Below, one piece after another: positions 63,699 through 64,000 of a stretch of 64,000 bases of DNA (its first letter is position 1; each line of letters begins with the position of its first letter). A program made the position numbers and the translations under genes. The DNA comes from Camelus dromedarius (lineage: Eukaryota). Under the pieces are notes generated by a model. It was not told the DNA's origin. It did no database searches and was given only the letters and a program-made list of their open reading frames with translations. Where the stretch lies: positions 27,158,001 through 27,222,000 of the forward strand of contig NC_087437.1 of NCBI RefSeq assembly GCF_036321535.1. The letters are read 5' to 3'.

Positions 63699-64000
63699 GT
63701 AAGTTATAAAAATAAATTAGAATCAATATGCTATTTTCAAAAATTTTGCAATAATGCAGTTTGTGGTTTACATCATAATTTATTTTATTGTTGAAGCCAG
63801 TACATAGTTTGATAAAGGCAGGGTATTTCTCCTGTAATGAGTGTGGGAGCACATAGGAACACCAGTGTTCTGCCTTAGAGAATAATTATGGTGGAATTTA
63901 GCATAATAATCTGAAATAACTTTGGTAATTTTTGAACACTATAATCAGACTTTTCCAGTTTAGTTTATTTTATTTCATTTTAATTTTTTTTAATGAAGGG

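Noticed and set aside
63962..64000. T-rich tail ending AATGAAGGG, possibly another minus-strand SINE
   Set aside because: Truncated by the window edge; too short to call.
1..64000. CRISPR arrays, operons, rRNA genes or a second protein-coding gene
   Set aside because: No regularly spaced repeat-spacer array or rRNA similarity seen. The other short ORFs map to repeats or lack recognisable homology.

Overview
Mammalian (vertebrate) genomic DNA. The tRNA-derived SINE copies look like the camelid vic-1 family, so the source is probably a camelid (inference). The only protein-coding gene supported is SIAH2 (RING E3 ubiquitin ligase) on the minus strand. Its two coding exons (18114-18530 and 2223-2780) are joined across a GT-AG intron of about 15.3 kb and give 324 aa. 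It has a CpG-island promoter (~17.9-19.4 kb) and a ~1 kb 3' UTR ending near the AATAAA at 1218-1223. The remaining ~45 kb upstream is intergenic and rich in repeats: L1 3' ends, SINEs, MIR/L2, MaLR/ERV1/ERVL LTRs and hAT/Tc2 DNA-transposon relics, with several nested insertions. Repeat family names come from my recall of consensus sequences and need RepeatMasker/Dfam confirmation. The most interesting unexplained signals are: (i) a gapless 106-bp-arm inverted repeat in the SIAH2 intron (12199-12456); (ii) an out-of-frame uORF overlapping the SIAH2 start codon, plus a second upstream uORF of the same length; (iii) an intronic chimeric copy of exon-2 and 3'-UTR sequence (3440-3472); (iv) a ~97-bp dispersed duplication not matching any repeat I recognise (48008-48105 and 49981-50075); (v) a MER41-like LTR carrying GAS and octamer motifs. 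I found no evidence of a prokaryote-type system (CRISPR etc.) or of a second gene.
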